44,293 bases of DNA from positions 1 to 44,293 of the forward strand of contig CALSCO010000912.1 in NCBI GenBank assembly GCA_943704415.1, written 5' to 3'. Below the pieces are notes generated by a model. The model worked only from the letters and a program-made list of their open reading frames with translations. It ran no database searches and was not told the origin of the DNA. The stretch is from Parvularia atlantis (Eukaryota). Positions within the stretch are counted from its first letter, which is position 1. Each line of letters opens with the position of its first letter. This document shows, one piece after another, positions 1-10,060 of the stretch. The translations under genes were made by a program, and so were the position numbers.

Positions 1-53
1 CCCCGCCCATCGCTGCCGCCGTCGCCCCGCGCACACTCACCCACGCCGCGCAG

Positions 54-3000
54 AAAAACGTCAGCGTCACCGGCCTCAACCTCGGCGACTTCCCGCCGCG
101 GCTACAGCGCGCACAGCTCGTGCAGGACAAGAGCCTGAACGAGGACCTGGCCGTGGTGCGTGCCTCGCATGACGCGCGCGCGCATACGCGATCGTCGTCG
201 TCGTGACGCGCCGTCACCCCCTTGTGGCCGCAGCAAGTCGACTTTGACGTCGTGTACCAGGGCGGCATTACGGTCACGATCGAGGTCGAGCTGGCCGCGG
301 GCCTGTTTGTGCCCGTGACCGTGCTCGTGACAGGCTTCATGGGCAAGGTGCGCCCGGCCTGCGCTGCGTCGTGAGCGCCGACGAGCGCGCCGAACAGCTA
401 CGCATCCGCGTCCCGCGCCCGGAGAACGCGACCGAGTTCAACATGACCTTCGTGTCCGACCCGAATCTGAGCCTGCAAGTGACGGTGCGTCCGGCCGCTT
501 TTCTGCCGCCGCGCCCAGACCCGGGGCTCACGCGCGCTGCCAAAGTCGCGCTTCGTGCACAACGACAACGAGTACACGCTCTTCCGCGACCAGCTCAACT
601 CGTTCCTGGCCAAGAAGCTCAAGCAGGTCTTTGTCGAGACGTGGACGCTGCCCACCTGGCGCTTCTTCGACCTGCCGCTCGTGAGCATGCCGACGTTTGT
701 GCACGTGCGTCGTCCACCTGCGTGCGCGCTCGCTGTCGCGTGTGCTCAGCCGCCGCGTAGCCCAACTGCAAATGCAACCTCAACGCGCCGATCAAGCCCC
801 TTGGCGACATCGTCAGCGCCTCGCCCACCAACAGCACCCCGACGCTCTTCCCCCTCTCGATCACGCCGATGAAGGAGGCCGCGGTCGACCTCTCCGAGGG
901 CCTCATCCAGCGGTGCGCGCGTGCGCTGCCGTGCCCGCCTCTGCCGCTGGTGCTGAGCCCGGCGCAGCGTGCTCCAAGTCGTGCAGAGCACGGGTGTCAA
1001 CGACTGGCAGGTCGTCAAGAACAAGAACGGCGTGCTCGTGCAGAAGGAGAAGCGCCGGCTGATCTCGCGCGACGACGCGCACATCATCAAGGGGGCCGTC
1101 GCGATTCGCTGCGACCCCAAGCGTGTGTTCAACGTGCGTCGCGCGCGCGCGTGCGAGGCGCTATGGTATGCCGCCTCTGACCGGCGCGCGCGCAGGTGCT
1201 CGCAAACCCACGCCTCAACCTGCACATCGACAAAGACTTCATCGACAATGTCAACCTCGAAGACGTGCGCGCGCTGACGCTTGACGCGCCTCGCCTTGCC
1301 TCTCATGCGCCGAGCCGCGCGCAGTTTGGCGAAGGCCAGATGGTGCGCAACTTTGGCTACCGCAAGCGTGACACGGTCCTGTTTGAGGTGGCGCGCAAGG
1401 TGCCCAACATGCCCCTCGACACGTGGATTGTGGCGCAGCGCAGCGTGCAGGTGCGTGCCGGAGAGCGTAGGGGTGGCTGGCGCACGTGCTCACGGCCCTG
1501 CGACAGATGCCCGCCGGCTCGACCGTCAACTGGGACCCGGCCAAGCACCAGCGCGCGATCGTGCACTTGTTTGCGTACCACGTCGAGGCCATCGCGGGCG
1601 ACAAGAACGTGTGCACGGTTGTGTGCATGAGCCAGATGAGTGCGTTGCAGCTGCAGTCCACGCGCACTCTCGCATGCGCCTGCTCACGGCCAACGCGCTC
1701 ACGCAGGCTCGGCCATGGCGCGCCAGAACGTCAGCTGGCAGCGCCTCGTCGACATCCGCCAGCTGATCGAGCAGCTGCTGCAGCGCGCCCGCGTACGCGC
1801 ACTCGCGGCGGCGACCCGCTGCGCGCTGACCCACGGGTGGCAGACACCCGCGCCGCTCGTGCCCAAGCGCGTGCAAGACCTGTCGTCGTCGGCCGCCGCG
1901 GCGCCGGCCTCGCCCGGCGGCAGCAGCGCCAGCAGTGCGGCCACCAGCGACGAGTGCGCACCGCCCACGTGCGCTGGCTGCCGCGCTAAGGCGCCGCGGC
2001 AACGCAGAAAAGCGCCCGACCGCAGCGCCTCCGAGGCGCCCGCAACGCCGTCCTCAGCCGCCATCGAGCAGCCGCCGCTATCGCTCGACGACGCGAGCGG
2101 TGCGCCTGAGCGGCCGTGCAGCGGTCTCCTTGACGTGCGCCGTGCATAGCCCTGTCCAAGCCCGACCGTTCAGCCGAGGATGTCGACGGCGCCGGCAGCA
2201 ACGACGACGAGAACGACGACGAGGACGGCGTCGCGCCCGACGAAGACGAGGAGCACGTCGCCGTGGACAGCACCGCGACCTTTGCCGAGGACGACCACGC
2301 TGAGGTGCGCAGGCGGCGCGCTCTCGGACCTGCGCTGGAACGCTCATCGCACGCGCACGCGTACGTGTGCAGGAGGACACGGCCGCACTCGTGCGCTCCA
2401 GCAGCGCGTTATCGCAGCGGCCGACAGGCTCGCAGGCGCCCGTGCCGCTGACGACGGCCAGCAAGGTGTCGTCGGACACGTACAAGGTGCGCTTTGCGTG
2501 CGTGCGCGTCTGCGTTTGAGCTGACGCCAGGGTGTACAGGAGCTCGTCAAGGAGACTGTCGCCTACTTTCTCGCATACGCGCGCCGCGAGAACGACGGCC
2601 TGTACATCAAGCCGTGGCGTCCGGTAAAGGCGAGCGTGCCCGGCCTGAGCATCCAGCGCAAGATCGCCGACGAGAGCATCCCCGCCGACGTCGTGCGCGG
2701 GTACACGGCACTGCAGTGCTCCGCGCAGACGGTGTTTGCCGCGCTGAAGGGTCCGTCGCCGCCACCCGCGGTTTGCGCACGGCTGACATGTTACCCGGCG
2801 CGCAGGACCGCGCTACCGCAACGTCACCAACCCGGACCTGGTCACATGCGACACGCTCACCGCGTACGAGGACGGCGTGGCCGTGCGCCACTACCGCTAC
2901 AAAGGCTCGCTCCTGCCGGACCGCGACTGCGTCGTGCTCGAGATCGCGCAGCAGATCTCGCCAACCGAGTGGGTCGTGGTGCAGGTGCGCAAACCCGTGC

Positions 3001-4903
3001 ATGGGCGCACGGTGCACTTGAGGCTGAGCGCCTGTCGAGCGCAGCGCTCCGTGGCCGGCGACGATGTCGTGTCGAAGGACATGGCCCTGCGCTTCCAGGT
3101 GTACATCGCGGGCTATCACATCCAGACGGCGGGCGAGGGCGGTGGTGCGCACGCGTGTCAGGCGAGCGTGCGGCGTTTGCGCTGATGCCGCCAGCAGCGC
3201 CCGGCACGCCGCTCACAGGCGACGCGCCGTCTGTCGCGGCATCGGGCGCGTGTGTGCTCACGCACGTCAGCCAGCTCACGGCCGACTACGCCTCGGTGCT
3301 GCTGTCGTGGTGCGTGCGCTGTCGGCGCGCGGAGAGCCACGCGGTGCTGACCGCAGCTGCACAGGCTGCGCGTTGGCTGGGCGCGCAACCTCCCGCGCGT
3401 CAAGTACGCGCTCGAGCGCTCGTCCGAGTCGGTCGCGACGACGATCCTGCCGGCCGAGACGGCGCTGGGCTACACCGGTGCGCCGAAGCGGCGCACACGA
3501 CGGCAGCGGCGGCCCGCTGACGGTTGCGCGCACACGCACATAGACGCGGTCGTGCGCGCGGGCGGGCTCTTGTGGGTCGCGCTCCCGCACACGGTGCAGC
3601 TGGCGAGCCCGCAGCAGCAGCCGCTCGACGCCGCCGCGGGACCGGGCAGCGATGAGCCGCGCACGCATCGGGGCCAGCTCGTGTGGGAGTTCAGCACGCG
3701 CGCCAACGACATCCGCTTTGGCGTGGTGTTTGTGCCGCTCGCACCCGCGGCGCTGGACGCACCGCCGCTGCCAGCACGGTCGCGGGCGGCCACGATTGCG
3801 GCGGGCGGCGCGTCTGTGGCGCGGATGGAGCAGGTCAACCTGTCGTCCAAGGACATGGCCGAGCGCGTGCCGCCGTGGGAGGGCAAGGGGCGCGCGGTGC
3901 TGCCGTCGGCGCGGTTCAACGCGCACGTGTGCCCGGTCTCGGGCACGGTGAACGCGTCGCTGCAGAGCTCGGGCACGTACTACCTCGTCTGGGACAACCG
4001 CATCGCGCGCTTCACCGACAAGCAGGTCACGTACAAGGCCACCATGGTCTACGCCGCCTTCGAGCCGTCGAGCGACGACAGCCTCGACCTGGCCACAGGC
4101 GACCCTCTTGAAGTCCTGCCGGAGCGCACGCTGTCGGCGGACGCGCTCAACGTCGCCGCGGGCCCGGACGTGCAGGCGCGTCAGCGGGCCGGCACGGCGG
4201 GCGACATGCCCGACGCGTCGACCGCGTCCGCGCCGCCCACACCGCGTCGCAAGTCGATCTCGTCGGGCGTGGCGCTCGCTTCAGGTTCGCCGCAGATGCC
4301 ATCCCTCGGCAGCCCGCCGCTGGCGGCGACGGCACCGTCTTCAGCGACGTCGCTCGCAGCCAACCCGCTCAGCCTGCCGCCGTCGGCGCTGTCGCTGTCT
4401 GCGGTGGGCCGCACGGGCCCGCAGCGGCCGCGCCTGCTCAGCACGACCGTGCTGCCGCCGACCAACCAGGCGCTGTCGGGCGACGCCGTGATCGCCGCCA
4501 AGGAGGAGATGCGCGTGCCGCTCGACCTGCAGGTGCCGTGGGACGACGTGCGACTCGTCTGGGAGTTCCGCTCGGGCAAAGACGACATTGAGTTCTCGAT
4601 CGTGTTTGAGGAGTGGGACGCGGCCAACCGGCCCCTCATGCTGGCGGGCGAGCCGCGGCGGGCGCTGCTCCTGCCGAAGACGCACATCAGCCCGGCCAAC
4701 GACCAGGAGGTGTGCGCGTTGCTTGGCTGTGCCGGGCCGCGATCTGAGCACCCGCGGCGCAGGCCGTCTCGGGCGAGCTCGTTGTGCCGGGCAAGCAGGG
4801 CCGGTACATGTTCGTCTGGGACAACCGCTTCAGCCGGTGGAAGAGCAAGAACCTGTCGTTCTCGGTCGCGCTCGTCGCGCGCGTCCCCGCTGCCGTCTTG
4901 TAG
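54..4903 (+). CDS. Multi-exon lipid-transfer protein: SMP (TULIP)-like domain, two START-like domains, two GOLD domains; 5' end lies outside the window
   Basis: SMP-like exons: NVSVTGLNLGDFPPRL, VDFDVVYQGGITVTIEVEL, FNMTFVSDPNLSLQV, FVETWTLPTW. START-like segments: DWQVVKNKNGVLVQKE...IIKGAVAIRCDPKRVFN and PDRDCVVLEIAQQISPTEWVVVQRSV...IAGYHI. GOLD motifs: LVWEFST...DIRFGV...GTYYLVWDNR and LVWEFRS..DDIEFSI...GRYMFVWDNRFS. Stop TAG at 4901-4903. Confidence 0.75.
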
Positions 4904-4955
4904 AGCGCGCGCAGTGCCTCTGTCTGATGTACAACACACAAAGAAACGGGTCAAG

Positions 4956-7165
4956 TCAGCTCGGAGTGACGCATCGCCGCATGCACAGCGCCGCGGTCGA
5001 CACGGCCACGACGACGGCGGTCAACTGCGCACAGGGTCAGCCTGTCAGCCTGTACACCGTGCGCGGACAAACCTGCAGCGTCCACAGCAGCGACCACGCG
5101 GCGCCAGGCAGCACGAGCTGTGCGGGGTCGTGCCCCGCTGGCGCAGACGTCTGACGAGCGCACGCGCGGGCGTCAGCGCCCTTTATTTATTGGTCGACTT
5201 CAGCGCCGCCGCGCACGTTCGCAGTGCTGTCGGCGGTCTCGGCAGCCGCGATCCTGCGCGCCCGTCCGCGGTACGCCTCGAGCTCGATCAGGCTCTCCGA
5301 CAGGCGGCCGAGCAGGTTGAACAGGGCAACAACCTGCGACGCGCGGGGCCATGTCAGTTGTGACGCGGGCGCGCTGACATCGGTCGCCCACCTCGTTGCG
5401 GCGCAGGTCGTAGTCGACGACGGCGCCCGGCGGCGCGTCGTACGAGAAGAGGATTTTAAGGGCCGTGCCGAGGCCCTGGATCTGCAGCTTGCCCCACTGC
5501 GGCGCGTGCGCGGCATCAGGGGCTGTCGCGCAGTGCACCGCTGCAGCAGCACGCACCAGGCGGCACTTTTCGCACCCGACGCAGTCCATGATGCGCGAGA
5601 TGTTGCGGAAGTGCGTCTTGAACTGCTCTTTCAGCTCCTGCGTCGGTCGCGCGCGCGTCAGATGCGGCAGAGAGCTCACGCGTGCAGACGCACGGTTGAG
5701 TCTGGCGAGGCAAAGAGCGTCGACTCGTCGAAGGTGCGCGGGCACGACTGCGCCAGCACCACGACACTGCGCATCAGACTCTGTGCGAGCGTGCGCGTCA
5801 GTTCGCGTGAGAGGCGCGCACGCGTGTGGGCGATGTGCCTCTGCCTGCCCATCCTCGGCCGGGTTGCCCGTCGTGAGGTCGTACTCGTCGATGTACGGCG
5901 CGACCTTGGCCACCGCACGCAGCACGACGTTGTAGACAAAGTACAGGTTCTCGAGCCGGTCCGCGTGCGCGCCTAGGCGCTGCGAGAACAGCGTGTCGTT
6001 GTGCGTCTGTTTTGCGGGCGTCAGCTCTTGATCGCGGCCGACACGCAGACCGACGCTTACCCAGGCCTGCAGGTCGCGGTCAAAGTAGCGGCTGGCCAGG
6101 TGCGCGGCGATCGACGAGTGCAGGCCTGCCCGACCGTCAGCCGCTGAAAACGTTGCATCACGCAAGCGAGTGCGCACACCGGACACGAGGCGGTAGAACA
6201 CGCGCTTCTCGTTGCACGAGAACGCGGCTCCGCCGGCGCCACCGGCGAGGTCGCCGCGGTCGGGCTTGAAGCAGTTCTCGTCGTAGACGCTGTGGAGCGG
6301 TTGGCGACGCACGGCTGCGAGCCTTCCGCGCGCGCACCTGCGCCAGATGCGGTGCGCCGACGGCCCGGCGTAGCCCGTATACGCCTCGGGGTTGCGCAGC
6401 AGGTCGACGTAGTGGCAGTCTGCGCGCCGCGTCAGCATCGCACGCACACCGCGCGGGCGCGCCGCACCCGGCGACGCGTCGCCCTCGCTGAAGCAAAAGT
6501 CCTTGTCGCTCGTGCGGCAGTTCTTGACGAGCGGAAAGCCCTGCGCACACCGCACCGCGTGAGCCGCTTATCTACACGGGGTGGCACGCACGAGGTTGCT
6601 AAAGTCGACCGCGCCAAGCTCGTCGCGCTCGCGCAGCGCCGGCGGCACGTCCTCCTGCGCGACGACGCGTGAGCTGGGCGCTCAATCGAGGGCGCGGGGG
6701 CGGGCGCGCACGTCGGGGCACTCGTGCACGCTGCAGTCGCGGATGTGGCACTGGCTGTCGTCGGGCCAGAACGGGCACCCGGCGTGCAGATTGACCTGGC
6801 GCGATGCGTCAAACGCGGCGCACGTGCTCGAGTCGCACGATGCCTTGTAGTGCCGGAAGAACTGCGTCTGCAGCAGCTCGAGCAGCGCCGGCGCGAGCTG
6901 CGCGTTGCTGTGCTCGACCGTTTCGTAGTCGCAGCAGCAGTCGCGCACGGGCCCGCGCAGGTCCTGCGTCGGGCGCAATGAGCGCACGTGCGCGCCTCAC
7001 GTGGTTCACGCGCGCACGCACCACGCAGACGCACGCATCGGCCTGCGCCTGCTGTGCCAGCTGCGCATGCTGCACGAGCGGCGACGCCGGCACCAGCAGC
7101 TGCGTCGCCGCCGCCGCGGCACCGACCAGCAGCAGCAGCAGCAGCACAAGAGCCGGCCAGCGCAT
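4956..7165 (-). CDS. ERO1: ER oxidoreductin Ero1 (multi-exon)
   Basis: Signal peptide MRWPALVLLLLLLVGAAAA, then GPVRDCCCDYETV, FFRHYKVNLHAGCPFW, YVDLLRNPEAYTGYAG, EKRVFYRLVSGLHSSI and the active site [23 protein letters not shown]. Two further exons extend the CDS to a stop at 4956; the unspliced form stops at 5187. Confidence 0.95.
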
Positions 7166-7295
7166 CGGATGACTCAAGTGTCACACTATCGAATGTCAAA
7201 CACCGCATGGCCAACTCGTCTCTCGCTCTCTCGCGCCTCACGCCTCGCTCGTCCGGTGCCACGGGCTGAACGCGCGCGGCGGCAGCAGCGCACAG

Positions 7296-7800
7296 ATGGC
7301 GCGCACGGTGAACCGGCGCCGCGAGCACCATGCACGCGACTGGCGCGCGCGGCGCGCCAACCACCCGCCGGCGGCGGCGGCTTCGGCGGCGGGGGCGACT
7401 GGGACGACGTCTGCGGCGGCCGGGCCGAGCGGCAAGACGCCCGCCGTGCTGCGCCGCTCCAATCGCACGCCAGAGGTCTCGCTCGGCGCCAAGAAGGTAC
7501 GGCAGCGCGAGCGGCGGGCGCGGCACGTGCAGCAGCAGCAGCAGCAGCTCGTCGCCACCGAGGGCGCCATCGATGCAGCGGGCTTGAGCGCTGGCGCGTC
7601 TTCTGCGGCGGCCGGGGGTGAGGATGACGGCGACGACTCGATGTGGGAGGACATCAAGGCGGCAGCGGGCGGTGCGCTACCCCTGTGCACGCGGCGCGCT
7701 CTCACAGGCACTGCACGCAGGCAAGCGCGCGCAGCAGCGGGCGCAGGCGCGGCTGCTGGCGAAGCAGCAGAAGCGGCCGGACGCGATGCAGGCGAAGTGA
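7296..7800 (+). CDS. Small basic hypothetical protein (2 exons)
   Basis: ATG at 7296 (MARTVNRRREHHARDWRARR...EDDGDDSMWEDIKAAAG), a GTGCGC...GCAG intron at about 7672-7720, then KRAQQRAQARLLAKQQKRPDAMQAK and a stop at 7800. Arg/Lys-rich; family not recognised. Confidence 0.55.
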
Positions 7801-7829
7801 CGCTGGCACAAGGTCTGTACGGTGTGTGA

Positions 7830-8455
7830 CGATGCGCTCACAGTCACGACGGTGCGAGCAGCGAGTCGGTGATGACCGCCGCAGTCGAGAACGAGCGAAC
7901 GGAAGCGCAGATGAGCAGCTGGCAGCGCCTCTGGCGGCTCGTCAGCGTCCAGAGCGGCAGCAAAGCGCACACCGTAAACGCGCAAAGAACTACCGTGCTG
8001 CTCGAGCAGCTCGCACACGGTCGCGAACGAGTCGGCGGGCGCGGGCGGCTTGAGCGTGATGAAGCGGCGCTCGTGGCCGCTCGGCTGCACCGTTTGCGTC
8101 AGCAGCAGCTCCGATGACAGGCCCGCCAGCAGCGACAGGACCAGCAGGTGAACGCAAGCGTCTGGTTGTTTTCGCCAATGACGCAAAGTAATGGTAGCAG
8201 CGCCTGCTTCAGGTTCCTGACTAAGGGGTCAAAGTCGTCCAGCACGAGCAGGAGCAGCACCTTGGCTGTCGCCGGCTGCTCGTGTTCGCGGCGGATCGCG
8301 TCAGCGAGCAGCTGAACATGTGGCGAAGGGCTGCCAGGCGGTGAGACGCAAGAGCCCGCCCGGAACACGTCGACAACGTGCTTGATCAGTTCGCAGTGCT
8401 CGAACCACGCGGCGACACGGCCCACGTCCCAACCGCGCGCCAGCTCAAGCTCCAT
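7830..8455 (-). CDS. Hypothetical protein or degenerate gene with an N-terminal SAM-like motif; structure uncertain
   Basis: ATG at 8455: MELELARGWDVGRVAAWFEHCELIKHVVDVFR...TAKVLLLLVLDDFDPL resembles the SAM consensus. The frame changes near 8190 and the splice pattern and 3' end are unresolved. Confidence 0.3.
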
Positions 8456-8617
8456 GGGGTGCCGGAAGCTGGCAATGGCCGTCGGCACAAGACACGAAGA
8501 CACAGAGGGGGTGAGAGCAGATGTGGGGCACAACAAGCGGACGCCGAGAGGGGAGGGAGACGGACAGAAGCACGCCGGCCCCGGGGGGCCACGCCCACTC
8601 GGCGGGCGGAGGCGTGT

Positions 8618-9729
8618 TTACGACGGCATGGGCGGGAAGGGCACGCCGAGCTCGAGCAGCTTGGCGTAAGCCACGGCAAAGTCGCGGAAGAACAGGGACT
8701 GGTCCTTGGCGTAGGTCTCGACCCACTTCTTGAAGGCCGGGTCGCGAATGAGGGCCATGTCCGACTCGAGCATCATGAGCTCGCCGGTCGGGTCCTCGTA
8801 CTGCTTGGGGCCGTTCCACTTCTTGACCGTCCACGTGTTCTCGAGCAGCTCGCGGAAGTACTCGTTCGTGAAAGCGGTCGGGACGCGCGTCCAGGGGCCC
8901 GAGAAGCCCGAGCGCGTGGTATGGCACCGGCCGAGCGAGTGCGCGCCGAGCAGGGCAACGATCTCGCGGTCGTTGAAGCCGAGGCGGTAGAAGACGTCGC
9001 GCACGTGGTCGGCCTGCTTGCCGCCGTCGGGCAGGCGGCCATCGGGCGGCGAGCGGCGGCCGTCGGGCTCGTCCGACCGGCCGGGGCGCCACGGGACCTT
9101 GGGGCCGCCGAGATACTCGATCGCGACCACGCCGACAAAGGTGTAGAGGTCGGCGTAGGTCACCTCCGGGTGGCGCTTCTTGATCGGCTCGAGCAGGCTG
9201 CGGGCAAAGTCGAGGCCGGCGTTGCCCGAGTACTTGGACTCGGGCTCGAAGCGGATGCGGCCGCCGTCCGAGCCGCCGTCCTTCTTGTTCTTGTCGTACG
9301 AGCCCGAGGCGTGCCACGCCAGGCGCACAAACATCGGGCCGTACGAGCCGTCGTCATAGTCGGCCGGCGCCGAGTCGATCACCGCCTCGAGGTCCTTGCG
9401 CAGCTTGGACCAGTCGGCGCCGCCGTAGTACTTGGTGTCGGCCGCGGCCGAGCCGGCCGAGGCGAAGGCCGCGAGGCCCGCGACGGCGAGGCCCGTGGCG
9501 GCGGCGGCGGCGGCGGGGAAGAGCAGCGAGCGCGCGCGCGCGCCGGCGGGCGCGGCGGTCGACAGGGCGCGGGCGGCGACGGCGGGGCCGGCGCGCGGGC
9601 GGGCGAGCGCTGTGGGCACGGGCACGTGGCGCACGCGTGAGTAAGATCTGGGCGCGCGGGCGAGGAGGGTGGCGCCTGCGCACCGGCCGCACGGGCACCG
9701 GCGCGGGCGACACGCATCACGGTGGCCAT
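8618..9729 (-). CDS. CCP1: Mitochondrial cytochrome c peroxidase (class I heme peroxidase)
   Basis: Arg/Ala-rich presequence [15 protein letters not shown] with one intron at 9683-9610. Motifs: [19 protein letters not shown] (distal R/W/H), [13 protein letters not shown] (proximal His), SGFSGPWT (radical Trp), LMMLESD, KLLELGV. Confidence 0.95.
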
Positions 9730-9920
9730 TCGTCCTCCTGGGGGGGCTGGCGGCTGTCGTACGGCGCGGCGGACCGTGTGAGCGCGCGCCCCAAGCGAGC
9801 GGGACGGAAGAAAAAGGGAGACAAAGCGCGCGCGGCATCCCGCGCCACACCACGCCGCACCGCACCGCACCGCAGCAACAGCGACAGCACGACTGCGCAC
9901 ACAAGCGCGCGCGCGTGGGG

Positions 9921-9953
9921 GGAGAGGGAGAGAGAGAGAGAGAGAGAGAGAGA
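9921..9953. repeat. (GA)n microsatellite in the CCP1/RasGAP divergent promoter region
   Basis: Visible GA dinucleotide run; short CACCG repeats nearby at about 9855-9872. Confidence 0.85.
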
Positions 9954-10060
9954 AAGGGACGGAAGCCGCCGGAAACGCGCGCCGATCGATCCGTTAATGT
10001 GAGGTACAACAGCACTTGTGCGTCAAGTGACAAACGTCGCCCATACATACGATTCCCGCG

